Shown in pieces: positions 8,875 to 19,815 of a stretch of 64,000 bases of DNA. Location of the stretch: contig JAGDZU010000004.1 in assembly GCA_049115575.1 (NCBI GenBank), positions 423,307 to 487,306 of the forward strand, given 5' to 3'. The notes under the pieces are model-generated. The model saw only the letters and a list, made by a program, of their open reading frames with translations. It was not told the origin of the DNA and searched no databases. Origin of the DNA: Bacteroidia bacterium (lineage in GTDB: Bacteria; Bacteroidota; Bacteroidia; NS11-12g; UBA9320). The first letter of the stretch is position 1. Each line of letters begins with the position of its first letter. Made by a program: the position numbers and the translations under genes.

Positions 8875-9951
8875 ATGAAAGACCTAAAAATTCATTACAG
8901 TCCTGAATTTCAAAACGTATTAGCATCAACGGGTAGCGCCTTGGTTATAAGCGTTTATCAGGCAGGTAAGCTCATCTTACTGAATGCAACGGATGAAGGA
9001 AGCATTAAGATTACACCAATAAGTTATCCTAAACCTATGGGCATAGACATAGATGGTGACCGCATGAGTATAGCTACTAAAACCGAGTTGCATATTTATG
9101 CCCAATCAGATAGGCTTTCAGAAAGGATAGAGTTAAACGGTAAAAAATTTGAAAAGGTCTTCTTTCCAAGAACCACTTATCACACAGGCCCATTGGATAT
9201 GCACGACGTCCGATTTATCGGAGATGAAGTATGGGGTGTAAACACGAGATTTTCTTGTATCTGCTCTTTTGACCATCAATACAACTTTACACCTAGATGG
9301 CAACCACATTTTATAAAGTCAATTACACCTGAGGATAAGTGCCATCTAAATGGAATGGCCGTGGAAAATGGAGAGCCTTTATACATTACCGCTTTGGGAA
9401 GCAATGATAGAACTCAAGGTTGGAGAGAAAATATTACTAATGGAGGAATTCTCATGTCAATTCCAGACAATGAAATATTGATAGATGGACTCGCTATGCC
9501 ACACTCCCCTAAAATAGTAGGTGACTATATCTATTTGCTTGAATCGGCAAGAGGTGCCTTAGTAAGAATAGACAGAAGAAATTACAAAGTTGAAACAGTA
9601 ACAAGGCTTCAAGGATTGGTGCGCGGACTAACCATAATAAACAACACAGCCTTTATTGGAATATCCAAGGTTAGAGAAAAAAGTACCACTTTCTCTAGAT
9701 TGGATGACAGCGTTAAAGCTGAACACTGTTCTATTACGGCCGTTGATTTAAGTTCCGGAATGATCCTAGGGTTTTTAGAGTTTCAAAACATCATCGAAGA
9801 AATCTATGATATTGATTGTTTTCAAGGCAATACATCCATAGGGATTGTTGGCACTTATGATGAGAGGCAAAACAACGCAATTACAACACCCGATGAGGCG
9901 TATTGGAAAAAACCCAAACCCAAAGAAGCGGTAGACAATCCAGACAGCTAA
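8875..9951 (+). CDS. conserved hypothetical protein, TIGR03032/DUF4915-like (probable beta-propeller)
   Basis: 358 aa. The family assignment is from memory of motifs such as DKCHLNGMA and PHSP. No signal peptide is evident. Confidence 0.55.
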   Translation: MKDLKIHYSPEFQNVLASTGSALVISVYQAGKLILLNATDEGSIKITPISYPKPMGIDIDGDRMSIATKTELHIYAQSDRLSERIELNGKKFEKVFFPRTTYHTGPLDMHDVRFIGDEVWGVNTRFSCICSFDHQYNFTPRWQPHFIKSITPEDKCHLNGMAVENGEPLYITALGSNDRTQGWRENITNGGILMSIPDNEILIDGLAMPHSPKIVGDYIYLLESARGALVRIDRRNYKVETVTRLQGLVRGLTIINNTAFIGISKVREKSTTFSRLDDSVKAEHCSITAVDLSSGMILGFLEFQNIIEEIYDIDCFQGNTSIGIVGTYDERQNNAITTPDEAYWKKPKPKEAVDNPDS

Positions 9952-9981
9952 GTCTGCGTTATCTTTGTTAAGTTAAATACA

Positions 9982-11610
9982 TTGAAAAAGACTATTTATA
10001 TATTGGCAGTACTTGGACTTGGTCTCTTCTCCTTTAAAGCGGCAGACGACTATTTTGAAATATCCAAAAACCTCGACATTTTCGCTTCCGCTTATAAGGA
10101 AGTAAACACCTCATATGTGGATGAAGTCAAACCCGGAGAGCTAATAAGAGCCGCTATCAATGGCATGCTCAAATCATTAGATCCATATACGGTTTATTAC
10201 TCAGAGGCACAACAAGAAGACTACAAATATCAAGTAACAGGAACCTATGCTGGAGTTGGCGCTACCATACGAAAAGTAGGTGAAAACGTTGTGGTTGATG
10301 CGCCTTTTAGTGGATTCCCTGCGGATAAGGCAGGTTTGAGGGCGGGAGATATTATACTCACTGTTGACGGTAAATCCATGTTAGGTAAAAGCACATCAGA
10401 GGTTACAGACCACTTAAAAGGAAAAGCAGGTACCACATTAAATATGAAAGTTAAGCGGCCTGGCGCAGGTGAATTGAGTTTCAATGTAGAAAGAGAACAA
10501 ATCAAACGCAAGAATGTGCCTTACGCCAAAGTGATTAAAGGCAATGTAGGGTATATAAAACTTACAGGATTCACTCCTGGTGCTGCGAATGAAGTTAAGA
10601 AAGCTTTGGTAGATCTAAAAAGCCAAGGAGCTGCAAGCATTATACTAGATCTGAGAGGAAATGGAGGAGGATTATTACATGAGGCCATTAACATTGTCAA
10701 TCTTTTTGTACCCAAAGGCGAAACAGTAGTGGTAACCAGAGGCAAACTAAAGGAAGAAGATAGAATATATAAAACCCTCAATTTCCCAGTTGATACTGAG
10801 ATTCCGTTGGTTATGTTTATTGATGGCAGGTCTGCTTCTGCCAGCGAGATAGTAACTGGTGCACTTCAAGATTTTGACAGGGCAGTACTTATAGGAAGAA
10901 ATTCATTTGGTAAGGGCCTAGTGCAGGGTACTAAGAAGCTCACCTATAATACCCAAATGAAAGTAACTATTGCCAAATATTACTTGCCAAGTGGAAGGCT
11001 CATCCAAAGACTAGATTACGGCAATAGAGTAAATGGAAGAGTCCGCGCAGTAGCCGATAGTGCTAAACAAACATTTTATACGCGCAATAATAGAGCTGTT
11101 GTAGACGGTGAAGGAATTCAACCAGATATTGAAATAGAGATGAGCCCTTATACTAAGATTGCTCAAAGTATTATTAGCAATAATCACGCTTTCAATTATG
11201 CAGTGAATATGCGCAATTCAAATGTTGAAATTCCTACACCCATTGATTTCAATGTGGATGAAGATTTATACAACAACTTTGTTTCCTACCTCTCAGACAA
11301 GGAATATGAATATGAAACGGCCACCGAGCTTGCCCTGCAAAATTTGATTAAAAAGGCTGAAGCAGAAGAGATGTCTGAGCATATGTCTAAAGATATAGTT
11401 GCCTTAGAAAATGCCATTGAAATTCATAAGGATAACGATTTGGAACACCATAAAGAAGAGTTGATGGAACTACTCGAATATGAAATTGCTTCAAATTATT
11501 ATCTGGAAAGAGGAAAAATTGAAAGTTCCTTTGATGATGACCCAGACCTCAAAGCGGCTTTGGATTTACTCTCAAAGCCTCAAAAAATGAATGAGCTCCT
11601 AGGGCGATAA
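9982..11610 (+). CDS. S41 family C-terminal processing peptidase with PDZ domain
   Basis: TTG start and signal peptide. PDZ block GFPADKAGLRAGDIILTVDG, RGNGGGLL, and SASASEIVTGALQD. Confidence 0.85.
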   Translation: MKKTIYILAVLGLGLFSFKAADDYFEISKNLDIFASAYKEVNTSYVDEVKPGELIRAAINGMLKSLDPYTVYYSEAQQEDYKYQVTGTYAGVGATIRKVGENVVVDAPFSGFPADKAGLRAGDIILTVDGKSMLGKSTSEVTDHLKGKAGTTLNMKVKRPGAGELSFNVEREQIKRKNVPYAKVIKGNVGYIKLTGFTPGAANEVKKALVDLKSQGAASIILDLRGNGGGLLHEAINIVNLFVPKGETVVVTRGKLKEEDRIYKTLNFPVDTEIPLVMFIDGRSASASEIVTGALQDFDRAVLIGRNSFGKGLVQGTKKLTYNTQMKVTIAKYYLPSGRLIQRLDYGNRVNGRVRAVADSAKQTFYTRNNRAVVDGEGIQPDIEIEMSPYTKIAQSIISNNHAFNYAVNMRNSNVEIPTPIDFNVDEDLYNNFVSYLSDKEYEYETATELALQNLIKKAEAEEMSEHMSKDIVALENAIEIHKDNDLEHHKEELMELLEYEIASNYYLERGKIESSFDDDPDLKAALDLLSKPQKMNELLGR

Positions 11611-12425
11611 TGGAAGCCACTTCATTCATCATACTCATATTTTTCGGCATGTTAGGGGGGTTCCTAAGTGGACTTCTAGGTGTAGGTGGAGGAATTATCT
11701 TCATACCCATCATTAGTTTTTTTATCCGTCCCTTTGACCTTGAAGCTCAAGAATACGTTCGATACTTACTTGCTAATTCATTTGCCACCATCTTTTTTGC
11801 TGGTGTTATTAGTACTTATAAGCAATACAGAATTCAGCAATTCTATCCCAAACAAATACTGATCACGGCAAGCTTAGCAGTGGTAAGCAGCACGGTGGTT
11901 ACTTATTTAATTACTGCACAATCATGGTATAGCAAAAGGGCATTTAGCATCGTTTTTTTAGCCCTGCTCGTTTTCACGGTGTTTCGCTTTGTCTATAAGA
12001 AACCTTCGCATACCAATAAAGTAAAAGAGACTCCTTCGATTAAATATTTAATTACCGGTTTTCTCACTGGCATTGTCACTTCACTAAGTGGATTGGGAGG
12101 AGGAGTGATTATGATTCCTTTGTTCAATCAATATATAAAAATAGATATGAAGTCCTCTTCGGCTATCTCTATTGGAGTTATCCCTTTAATTCTAATTCCT
12201 GTATTGGTCACCTATCTAATAAGCAGCCCATTACAATTGGTGCAAGAGACTCAAATGGGATACATATTGCCCGAACTCTTTTTACCAATGGTTGCTGGAT
12301 TATTATTTGCAGCTCCAATTGGTGTAGCCAGTGCACAGAAAACATCAGATAAAGTGCTTAAAATTATATTTGCATCACTAGTCATTATTGTAATCATTAA
12401 TACCATTGTCAGCATTGTTAAATAA
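11610..12425 (+). CDS. sulfite exporter TauE/SafE family membrane protein
   Basis: 271 aa, multi-pass, with duplicated GxGGG motifs (LLGVGGGIIFIP and LSGLGGGVIMIP). Confidence 0.8.
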   Translation: MEATSFIILIFFGMLGGFLSGLLGVGGGIIFIPIISFFIRPFDLEAQEYVRYLLANSFATIFFAGVISTYKQYRIQQFYPKQILITASLAVVSSTVVTYLITAQSWYSKRAFSIVFLALLVFTVFRFVYKKPSHTNKVKETPSIKYLITGFLTGIVTSLSGLGGGVIMIPLFNQYIKIDMKSSSAISIGVIPLILIPVLVTYLISSPLQLVQETQMGYILPELFLPMVAGLLFAAPIGVASAQKTSDKVLKIIFASLVIIVIINTIVSIVK

Positions 12426-14106
12426 GATAAGAATTGGAGCTACTGCTCTGCTATTTGTATTCGCGTTTCAAAGTGCTCATGCACAGAAACCCAATAAAAA
12501 GGAAAAAAGATTGGCGCATAGTGTTGAAAAGCACATAGTCTATTTGGCTTCAGATGATTTAGGAGGGCGTTCAAGCGGTTCTGAAGGAGAGCAATTATCT
12601 GCTCAATACATTAAAAATCAATTTGAGAAAATCGGTCTAGAACCCAAAGGTGAAAAGGGTTATTACCAAAATTTGGATATAACTACTTTGCGTATTGCAC
12701 AAGCAAATACATCACTCATGATGGGCGATAAAGTTTATACGCTTTTTCAAGATTTCTTTCCTTTAAGCATTAGTGCAGATAATGGTGATTATAGAGGAAT
12801 GGCAATAAATGTTCAGAGTGGAATAACCGATGAAAATTTAAGTTGGGATGATTATGAGCATGCAGATGTTACAGGTAAAGCAGTCATCATAAAAATGGAG
12901 ACTCCTGAGGCAGACAACCCTCACAGTAAGTTTGCTGGATGGTCAGGAATAGAAAGAAGGGTTGAACTTGCCAAAGAAAAAGGAGCGACTGCTGTAATAT
13001 TTTATACCACAGATGCAGACCATCAACCCACAGGTGAACTCAAGAAAATAGCCAAAAGCGCAGAACTCCCAGTAATCTTTGTTAAACGGGATCTCAGTAC
13101 ACAAATCAGCCCTATTATTGACCTTACTGTATCTATAATGAGTCTAAAATCTATTGCCAGTAATGTAATAGGCTTTATTGATCACGGGGCTAGCAATACG
13201 GTTGTAATTGGAGCTCATCACGATCATCTTGGAAGAGGTGAGAACGGTGGATCTAGAGAAGAAAAACTAGGAGGCATACACAATGGAGCAGATGATAATG
13301 CCAGTGGAATTGCTGGATTAATAGAGCTTGCCATCATTATAAAGGAGAATCCTAAAATGTTCTCAAACAACAATTATTTGTTCATTGCATTCACCGCTGA
13401 AGAACTTGGTTTGCTCGGATCTAAACACTTTGTAGCTCACCCTACAATTCCAATCAATACTATTAATTATATGGTGAATATGGATATGATAGGAAAGTTA
13501 GATTCTACAAAAAAGACTTTGGTTATCAATGGTGTTGGTACATCTCCTTCTTGGAAACGCGCATTGAAAGAAGTGAAATACAATGACAAAAAGATTGCTA
13601 GAATATCCACCACAGAGAGCGGTATAGGTTCATCAGACCACAGCCCATTCTACTTGGCGGATATGCCTGCTGTCCATTTCTTTACAGGGCAGCATGAGCA
13701 TTACCACAAAACAACAGACGATGTTGAAATTGTGAATTATACAGGTGAAGCATATGTGATACACTACATCTGTAGTTGGCTGGAATTTATGGATGATCAG
13801 GGCAAGGTGAAATTCACCAAAACCAAAGATGAAAGTCAAGGCAGGATGAAATTTAAGGTAACTCTGGGAGTAATGCCAGATTACGTATATGATGGAGAAG
13901 GCATGAGAATAGATGGTGTGAAAGAAGGAAAGCCAGCTAGCAATGCCGGAATACTAAAAGGAGATATAGTTACTTCAATGAATGGTAAACCAATACTTGG
14001 AATGCAAGACTATATGAAGGTACTTATGGAGTTAAACCCCGGTGACACTATTCCAGTGCAGATAAAAAGAGGTGAAGAGTTTTTAGAGATAGAAGTAACG
14101 TTTTAA
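12406..14106 (+). CDS. M28 family peptidase with PA and C-terminal PDZ domains
   Basis: Contains HHDHLG and NGADDNASGIAGLIELA, plus a C-terminal PDZ block GKPASNAGILKGDIVTSMNG. Signal peptide present. Confidence 0.85.
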   Translation: MSALLNKIRIGATALLFVFAFQSAHAQKPNKKEKRLAHSVEKHIVYLASDDLGGRSSGSEGEQLSAQYIKNQFEKIGLEPKGEKGYYQNLDITTLRIAQANTSLMMGDKVYTLFQDFFPLSISADNGDYRGMAINVQSGITDENLSWDDYEHADVTGKAVIIKMETPEADNPHSKFAGWSGIERRVELAKEKGATAVIFYTTDADHQPTGELKKIAKSAELPVIFVKRDLSTQISPIIDLTVSIMSLKSIASNVIGFIDHGASNTVVIGAHHDHLGRGENGGSREEKLGGIHNGADDNASGIAGLIELAIIIKENPKMFSNNNYLFIAFTAEELGLLGSKHFVAHPTIPINTINYMVNMDMIGKLDSTKKTLVINGVGTSPSWKRALKEVKYNDKKIARISTTESGIGSSDHSPFYLADMPAVHFFTGQHEHYHKTTDDVEIVNYTGEAYVIHYICSWLEFMDDQGKVKFTKTKDESQGRMKFKVTLGVMPDYVYDGEGMRIDGVKEGKPASNAGILKGDIVTSMNGKPILGMQDYMKVLMELNPGDTIPVQIKRGEEFLEIEVTF

Positions 14107-15056
14107 TGCAGCTAACCGAATATTTAAATAAAGACGAGACTCTGTTCTCATTTGAAGTGCTTCCTCCTTTAAAAGGAAAAAGCATTGATTCACTTTTCAA
14201 GGCCATAGACCCCTTGATGGAGTGTAAACCGGCCTTTGTTGATGTTACATATCACAGAGAGGAGTACATACTAAAGGAGAGGCCAGACGGTGGATATGAC
14301 AAAATATCCAAGAGAAAAAGGCCTGGAACAGTAGCCATATGTGCCGCATTGAAGAATAAGTATCAGGTGGAAACAGTGCCTCATCTTATTTGTGGTGGTT
14401 TCTCAAAAGATGATACGGAAAATGCCCTTATCGATCTCAATTTTCTCGGGATACAAAATGTATTAGCCATTAGAGGTGACAACCAAAAAGATGAGCGCAA
14501 TTTTACTCCTGAACCCAATGGCAATGCCAATGCATTGGAACTCATTAGGCAAATTGATGATATGAATAAAGGGATCTATCTTGATAAAGAATTAGAAAAC
14601 TCTACCCAAACTAACTTTTGTATTGGAGCTGCTGGTTATCCAGAAAAGCATATAGATGCACCCAATATGAGTTCAGATATGCGCTTCTTGAAACAAAAAG
14701 TGGATGCTGGAGCTGAGTTCATTACCACTCAAATGTTCTTTGATAACAAGAAGTACTTTGAATACGTGGAGAATTGTAGAGCTGCCGGTATACATGTTCC
14801 TATAATTCCAGGAATTAAACCAATAACCAAAAAAGCGCATATGTATGCCCTGCCAAAGATTTTCAATATTGATTTACCAGATGATCTTGCTAGTGCATTA
14901 GAAAATGCCAAAGACGATAAAACGGCTCGCCAAATTGGTATAGAATGGTGTATAGATCAATGTAAAGAACTCAAGAAAGCCAACGTACCTGTATTGCACT
15001 TTTATACTATGAGTTTTTCATCGGCTACTAAAGAAATTGTAAGTAAAATCTTTTAA
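14106..15056 (+). CDS. metF: methylenetetrahydrofolate reductase [NAD(P)H]
   Basis: 316 aa with FSFEVLPP, VTYH and HFYTM motifs. Confidence 0.9.
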   Translation: MQLTEYLNKDETLFSFEVLPPLKGKSIDSLFKAIDPLMECKPAFVDVTYHREEYILKERPDGGYDKISKRKRPGTVAICAALKNKYQVETVPHLICGGFSKDDTENALIDLNFLGIQNVLAIRGDNQKDERNFTPEPNGNANALELIRQIDDMNKGIYLDKELENSTQTNFCIGAAGYPEKHIDAPNMSSDMRFLKQKVDAGAEFITTQMFFDNKKYFEYVENCRAAGIHVPIIPGIKPITKKAHMYALPKIFNIDLPDDLASALENAKDDKTARQIGIEWCIDQCKELKKANVPVLHFYTMSFSSATKEIVSKIF

Positions 15057-15970
15057 TGGAAGGCACGGTCAGCAAATCGACTGGTAGTTGGTACAAAGTA
15101 TTTGTAGAAGGTAAAGAAATTGACGCCCGCCTCAGGGGAAAATTCCGAAAACAAGATATAAAGGCAACCAATCCTGTAACTGTTGGAGACAAAGTAGAAC
15201 TGGAGCTTGATGGTGAAGACTATGTGATTACTACTATCCATGAAAGAAAGAATTGCATCATTCGCAAATCCAATAAGCTATCTAAACAATATCAACTTAT
15301 AGCCGCCAATATTGACCTGGCTTTCTTGGTAGTAACTCCTGGTTTCCCGTACACTCCTATGGGATTTATTGATCGCTACTTAATTACAGCAGCAGCATAC
15401 CATATTCCTGTAATTATTGTAATAAACAAGAACGATCTTGAGGGTGAAAAAATCAAGAAATACAGAAGGGAGCTGATAAGAACCTATATGAGAATTGGAG
15501 TTCGTTGCCTTGATTTAAGTTTTAAGAGAGCAAGAGATATAGAAGCCATTAGATCTTATGCTTATGGTAAAACATGCCTTATAAGTGGAAATTCAGGAGT
15601 TGGAAAATCTACATTGGTAAATGGGCTAATTCCAGGTTTAGACCAGAAGATAGGAGATATTTCTACATCCTATTTCAAAGGACAACACACCACCACTTTT
15701 GCTCAAATGTTTGCCATAGATGATCACAGTTTTATCATTGATACTCCGGGTTTGAAAGACTTTGGATTGATTAATATTGACAAACAAGATTTAGGTTATT
15801 ACTTTACAGAGATTGGTATACATTCAAAGAACTGCAAGTTCAATAATTGCATTCACATTGAAGAGCCTGGCTGTGGTGTACTAAAAGCATTGGAAGATGG
15901 ATACATAGCAGAGAGCCGGTACATTAATTATTTGAGCATGTTGGATGAACTGGATCAACTCAAAACATAA
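15056..15970 (+). CDS. rsgA: ribosome small subunit-dependent GTPase A
   Basis: GNSGVGKSTLVN P-loop, DTPG, and the zinc motif CKFNNCIHIEEPGC. Confidence 0.9.
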   Translation: MEGTVSKSTGSWYKVFVEGKEIDARLRGKFRKQDIKATNPVTVGDKVELELDGEDYVITTIHERKNCIIRKSNKLSKQYQLIAANIDLAFLVVTPGFPYTPMGFIDRYLITAAAYHIPVIIVINKNDLEGEKIKKYRRELIRTYMRIGVRCLDLSFKRARDIEAIRSYAYGKTCLISGNSGVGKSTLVNGLIPGLDQKIGDISTSYFKGQHTTTFAQMFAIDDHSFIIDTPGLKDFGLINIDKQDLGYYFTEIGIHSKNCKFNNCIHIEEPGCGVLKALEDGYIAESRYINYLSMLDELDQLKT

Positions 15971-15999
15971 ATATTAAAGACTTGTTATATAGAACATAA

Positions 16000-16566
16000 A
16001 TGCATTTGTTTTTTATCATAGGTCTAATCTTGCTGTCTTGTAGTCAGCCAAAAAGTGAACTTAAAACTATCAATGAGATAATGACTCCTCAGGATTTTTA
16101 CAAACTCTCCATTCCTCATATTAATGGTACAGACACCATAAATTTCAGTGAATTTCATGGAAAGAAAGTGCTGTTGGTAAATGTTGCATCCAAATGCGGT
16201 TATACTTATCAATATAAAGGTCTTCAAAGTCTGCATGAGCAGTTCAGTGAAGATTTGGTGGTTATTGGATTCCCATGCAATCAGTTCCTTTTTCAAGAAC
16301 CCGGATCAGATCAAAGAATAGACAGTTTTTGTAAACAAACCTACAATGTGGAATTTCTAATGAGCACTAAGATAAAAGTGAAAGGCGACAGCATACACCC
16401 CGTCTATGACTGGCTTACACGGAAAGAATACAATGGAAAAGGCGACTACAAAGTCAGCTGGAATTTCAATAAATTTCTGGTGAATGAAAATGGAGAATTA
16501 ACCCATTATTTTGATGCCAAGGTGAAGCCTAAAGATGCAGTCCTTTTGGAAGCAATCAAATCCTGA
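16000..16566 (+). CDS. glutathione peroxidase (Cys type), secreted/lipoprotein-like
   Basis: NVASKCGYT, GFPCNQF and WNFNKFLV motifs. Confidence 0.9.
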   Translation: MHLFFIIGLILLSCSQPKSELKTINEIMTPQDFYKLSIPHINGTDTINFSEFHGKKVLLVNVASKCGYTYQYKGLQSLHEQFSEDLVVIGFPCNQFLFQEPGSDQRIDSFCKQTYNVEFLMSTKIKVKGDSIHPVYDWLTRKEYNGKGDYKVSWNFNKFLVNENGELTHYFDAKVKPKDAVLLEAIKS

Positions 16567-18480
16567 TTATTGAACTACAAATTTGCTGATTGATGATTCA
16601 TCCCCACTTCTCAGTTCTATAAAGTATATACCGGGATTTAGATAATGGTCTAAATGAACGCTTTCGTTTTTCCTTGAATTCAATTCTTGTTCCATCACCA
16701 ATTGACCCAGTCTGTTGTAAATTTTTACATCATCAATACGTTTGTCTTTCATATAAACCTCCACACTACCCGAACTCGGGTTAGGGAAAACAGATATGGA
16801 TGATAAATCATTGTGATTCCCTTCTATCAAAGTGGTTTTAGCCAAAAGCCAGATATTAGGGTCATACTCCACCGAGGTGACTTTAAAGCCTACATTAAAT
16901 TCCAACTGCTCTGCCAATTTGCTGTGAGGAACTACCAACAAGCTGTCTTCCCCATTATTTCCTTTTAATCTAAACTCTATATTCAAAGGGAAAAAAGATA
17001 CCGATGGATGGCTCGGTACTTGAGAAATATCAAATTTAATCGCAGTATTTGTGGTTCTGTTCCAAGTGATGGTAAGGCTTGGGAATCCCTGCTGGTAAAT
17101 CCACAGATCAAAAAACTCATCTAAATTTTTCCCTGAAGCCTGCTCCATGTAAAACTGCAAATCAGGGGTTCTAGCAAATTCATAACAAATTCCAGCTCCC
17201 GAAGTATAATCTCTGAGGCCTTGGTAAAAATCCTCATCACCTAATTCCCACCTTAACATATGAATTACCATAGAAGCCTTGCTATATGAAAGCCTACCAC
17301 TAAATATTCTGCTTACGCTACTTGTATCATAAACAAAGACAGACCCAAAGGTTTCACTGGTAGCTCTGGTTAAAGTGATATTCATATATTCTTCCCATGC
17401 GGCACGAGATGAAAGATGCTCATAAGCAACTGCGGTTAAATAAGAAGCAAAGCCTTCATTCAACCAAATGTCTTGCCAACTGCCACAAGTTATTTTGTCT
17501 CCATACCATTGATGAGCCAACTCGTGTGCCATTAGGCTAAAATCCAAATCACTCATAAAACTCATGGTTTGATGCTCCATTCCTCCTCCTCTACCCCATT
17601 GAGCATGCCCATATTTTTCTTTCTTGAAAGGGTATGGTCCACACAAGCTATCCATCAGATATAGCATATCTTCCACCCTATACGCTTGGGTGTCGGCAAT
17701 GAACATAAACTCTGGATAGATGTATTCCAGTATAGGCATGGAGTCTCCATCTTGAAAGGTCACATAATGAGTGAATTCCTCATAATTGGTAACGGCAACA
17801 GCTGCCAGATATGTTGCCAATGGGTATCTGTGTTGCCAGTGAAACACTAAACTGCTGTCTGCTAATGTATCCACCGCATCTAAAAGCCCAATACCCGCCG
17901 CCTTATTACCTTTAGGCACCTGTATACTCATATCAAATGAGTCAATTTTGTCTGCGAGTTGTTGTTTGCATGGCCACCAACCATAAGCGCCATAAGGTTC
18001 TGACAATGTCCAAGATATGGGACCTGTCATATGCACATCATAGCTAAATCCTTTGTATTCATTTACTGAGGGATCTCCATGATAAAACACCTCAACCTGA
18101 GCTAAACTTCCGCTGTCTAAACTTGCCAGTCCAATTTGAACTGCATCAGCATTATGGGTGAATCCCACAGAATTTCCTTGGTAGATGACTGAGTCAACGG
18201 TCATCCGATCATCTAAATCAAAAGCGATAGATGTGAAGCCAGATTCAAGAGTCACAAAGCTACTTTTAACCGAGCCTTCAATACTGCGTACAGCTGGATC
18301 TATCTTCAAACTTAAATGCTGATAAACCAAATCATATTGCGGTCCACTCGCTTTATACTTAATGTTTGATTTGACTTTATAATGGTCCTGTTCAGCTTTT
18401 ACCAAAGCCTCAAAATGGTCTTGTGCAAAAGAAGAGACTATAAAAGCCAATCCGAGAATAAATGTCAATAGGACCCTCAC
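16567..18480 (-). CDS. M1 family metallopeptidase with T9SS type-A C-terminal sorting domain
   Basis: HELAHQWYGD (HExxH) plus WLNEGFA. C-terminus reads VFPNPSSGSVEVY...GIYFIELRS. GTG start. Confidence 0.9.
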   Translation of the reverse strand: MRVLLTFILGLAFIVSSFAQDHFEALVKAEQDHYKVKSNIKYKASGPQYDLVYQHLSLKIDPAVRSIEGSVKSSFVTLESGFTSIAFDLDDRMTVDSVIYQGNSVGFTHNADAVQIGLASLDSGSLAQVEVFYHGDPSVNEYKGFSYDVHMTGPISWTLSEPYGAYGWWPCKQQLADKIDSFDMSIQVPKGNKAAGIGLLDAVDTLADSSLVFHWQHRYPLATYLAAVAVTNYEEFTHYVTFQDGDSMPILEYIYPEFMFIADTQAYRVEDMLYLMDSLCGPYPFKKEKYGHAQWGRGGGMEHQTMSFMSDLDFSLMAHELAHQWYGDKITCGSWQDIWLNEGFASYLTAVAYEHLSSRAAWEEYMNITLTRATSETFGSVFVYDTSSVSRIFSGRLSYSKASMVIHMLRWELGDEDFYQGLRDYTSGAGICYEFARTPDLQFYMEQASGKNLDEFFDLWIYQQGFPSLTITWNRTTNTAIKFDISQVPSHPSVSFFPLNIEFRLKGNNGEDSLLVVPHSKLAEQLEFNVGFKVTSVEYDPNIWLLAKTTLIEGNHNDLSSISVFPNPSSGSVEVYMKDKRIDDVKIYNRLGQLVMEQELNSRKNESVHLDHYLNPGIYFIELRSGDESSISKFVVQ

Positions 18481-18562
18481 GTTTACAAACTTATGGTAGG
18501 AGTGCTCATCTTGGTCGAAAAGGAGTTCATTTTTTGGTAGTTTTAATTAATTTGCCCGCCTT

Positions 18563-19771
18563 ATGACAAAATTTTCTCTTGTTAGTATCTGCTTAGTAGC
18601 GAGTATGTTCATGTTTCATCTGCAACTAAAAGCTCAAGACACCTTAAGAAATAAGAAAGGTGGAAATTATCTGTTTACTGTTGAGCATGACATAGAAGCC
18701 AATGAAGTTCAAAATCAAAACAGAACTGGAACCTGCTGGAGTTTTTCAGCTTTGAGTTTTATGGAATCTGAGTTGATAAGGATGGGAAAAGGTTCTCACA
18801 AATTGAGTGAGATGTTCATAGTGAGAATGGCTTATATGGATAAAGCTGAAAACTATGTTAGAATGCATGGAGTTAGCAATTTTGGTCAAGGTGGTGCTTT
18901 TCATGACATCCCACATGTGATTGAAAAGTATGGCATTATGCCACAAGAGGCTTATCAAGGTCTAAATTACGGTTCAGAAACGCATAATCACAGTGAAATG
19001 GAAGCGGTATTAAAGGGAATATTAGATGCCGTTATAGCCAATAAGCAAAGACAATTAACAACCAGCTGGATGAAAGCATATAATGCAGTATTGGATGCTT
19101 ATCTAGGAGAACTACCTGAAACATTTGAGTACCAAGGAAGCAACTATACCGCTAAAAGTTTTGCAGAGCATTTAGAATTGGACATGGATGATTATGTAGT
19201 GATTAGTTCATTTACACACCATCCTTTTTATGATGATTTTGTATTAGAAGTACCGGACAATTGGGTAATGGAAGAAGTGTACAATGTGCCCTTGGATGAA
19301 ATGATGAATGCTATGAACCACGCTGTGAGCAATGGATATTCTGTGGCATGGGCGGCCGACGTTAGTGAAAAAGGATTTAGCTTTAAGAATGGGTTAGCTA
19401 TTGTCCCAACAGATGATGAAGCGCTTACTGTTAAAGGTAAAGACAGCAAACATTTTAATGATGCTGGAGCAGACAAAGAAGGAACTCAATTTGACAGTCC
19501 TGGTGAGGAAAAAGAAATCACCCAGGAAATGAGACAAGAAGCTTTCGATAATTACCTCACCACAGATGATCATGGAATGCATTTCACGGGACTGGTAAAA
19601 GATCAAAACGGCGATTTGTACTATATCGTTAAGAATTCATGGGGAACCAAGCACAACGATTGCGACGGTTATTTCTATGCTTCTATGCCATATGTGGCAT
19701 ACAAAACCATCAATTTTATGGTTCATGTAGATGCTTTACCAAAGGACTTACAGAAAAAACTGGAAGACTAA
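18563..19771 (+). CDS. pepC: C1 family peptidase (aminopeptidase C / bleomycin hydrolase-like)
   Basis: QNRTGTCWSFSALSF active-site Cys block; KNSWG. Confidence 0.85.
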   Translation: MTKFSLVSICLVASMFMFHLQLKAQDTLRNKKGGNYLFTVEHDIEANEVQNQNRTGTCWSFSALSFMESELIRMGKGSHKLSEMFIVRMAYMDKAENYVRMHGVSNFGQGGAFHDIPHVIEKYGIMPQEAYQGLNYGSETHNHSEMEAVLKGILDAVIANKQRQLTTSWMKAYNAVLDAYLGELPETFEYQGSNYTAKSFAEHLELDMDDYVVISSFTHHPFYDDFVLEVPDNWVMEEVYNVPLDEMMNAMNHAVSNGYSVAWAADVSEKGFSFKNGLAIVPTDDEALTVKGKDSKHFNDAGADKEGTQFDSPGEEKEITQEMRQEAFDNYLTTDDHGMHFTGLVKDQNGDLYYIVKNSWGTKHNDCDGYFYASMPYVAYKTINFMVHVDALPKDLQKKLED

Positions 19772-19815
19772 AGGACTTTAGTGTAACAAAAAAATACCTT
19801 TGTTAGCGCTAAACA

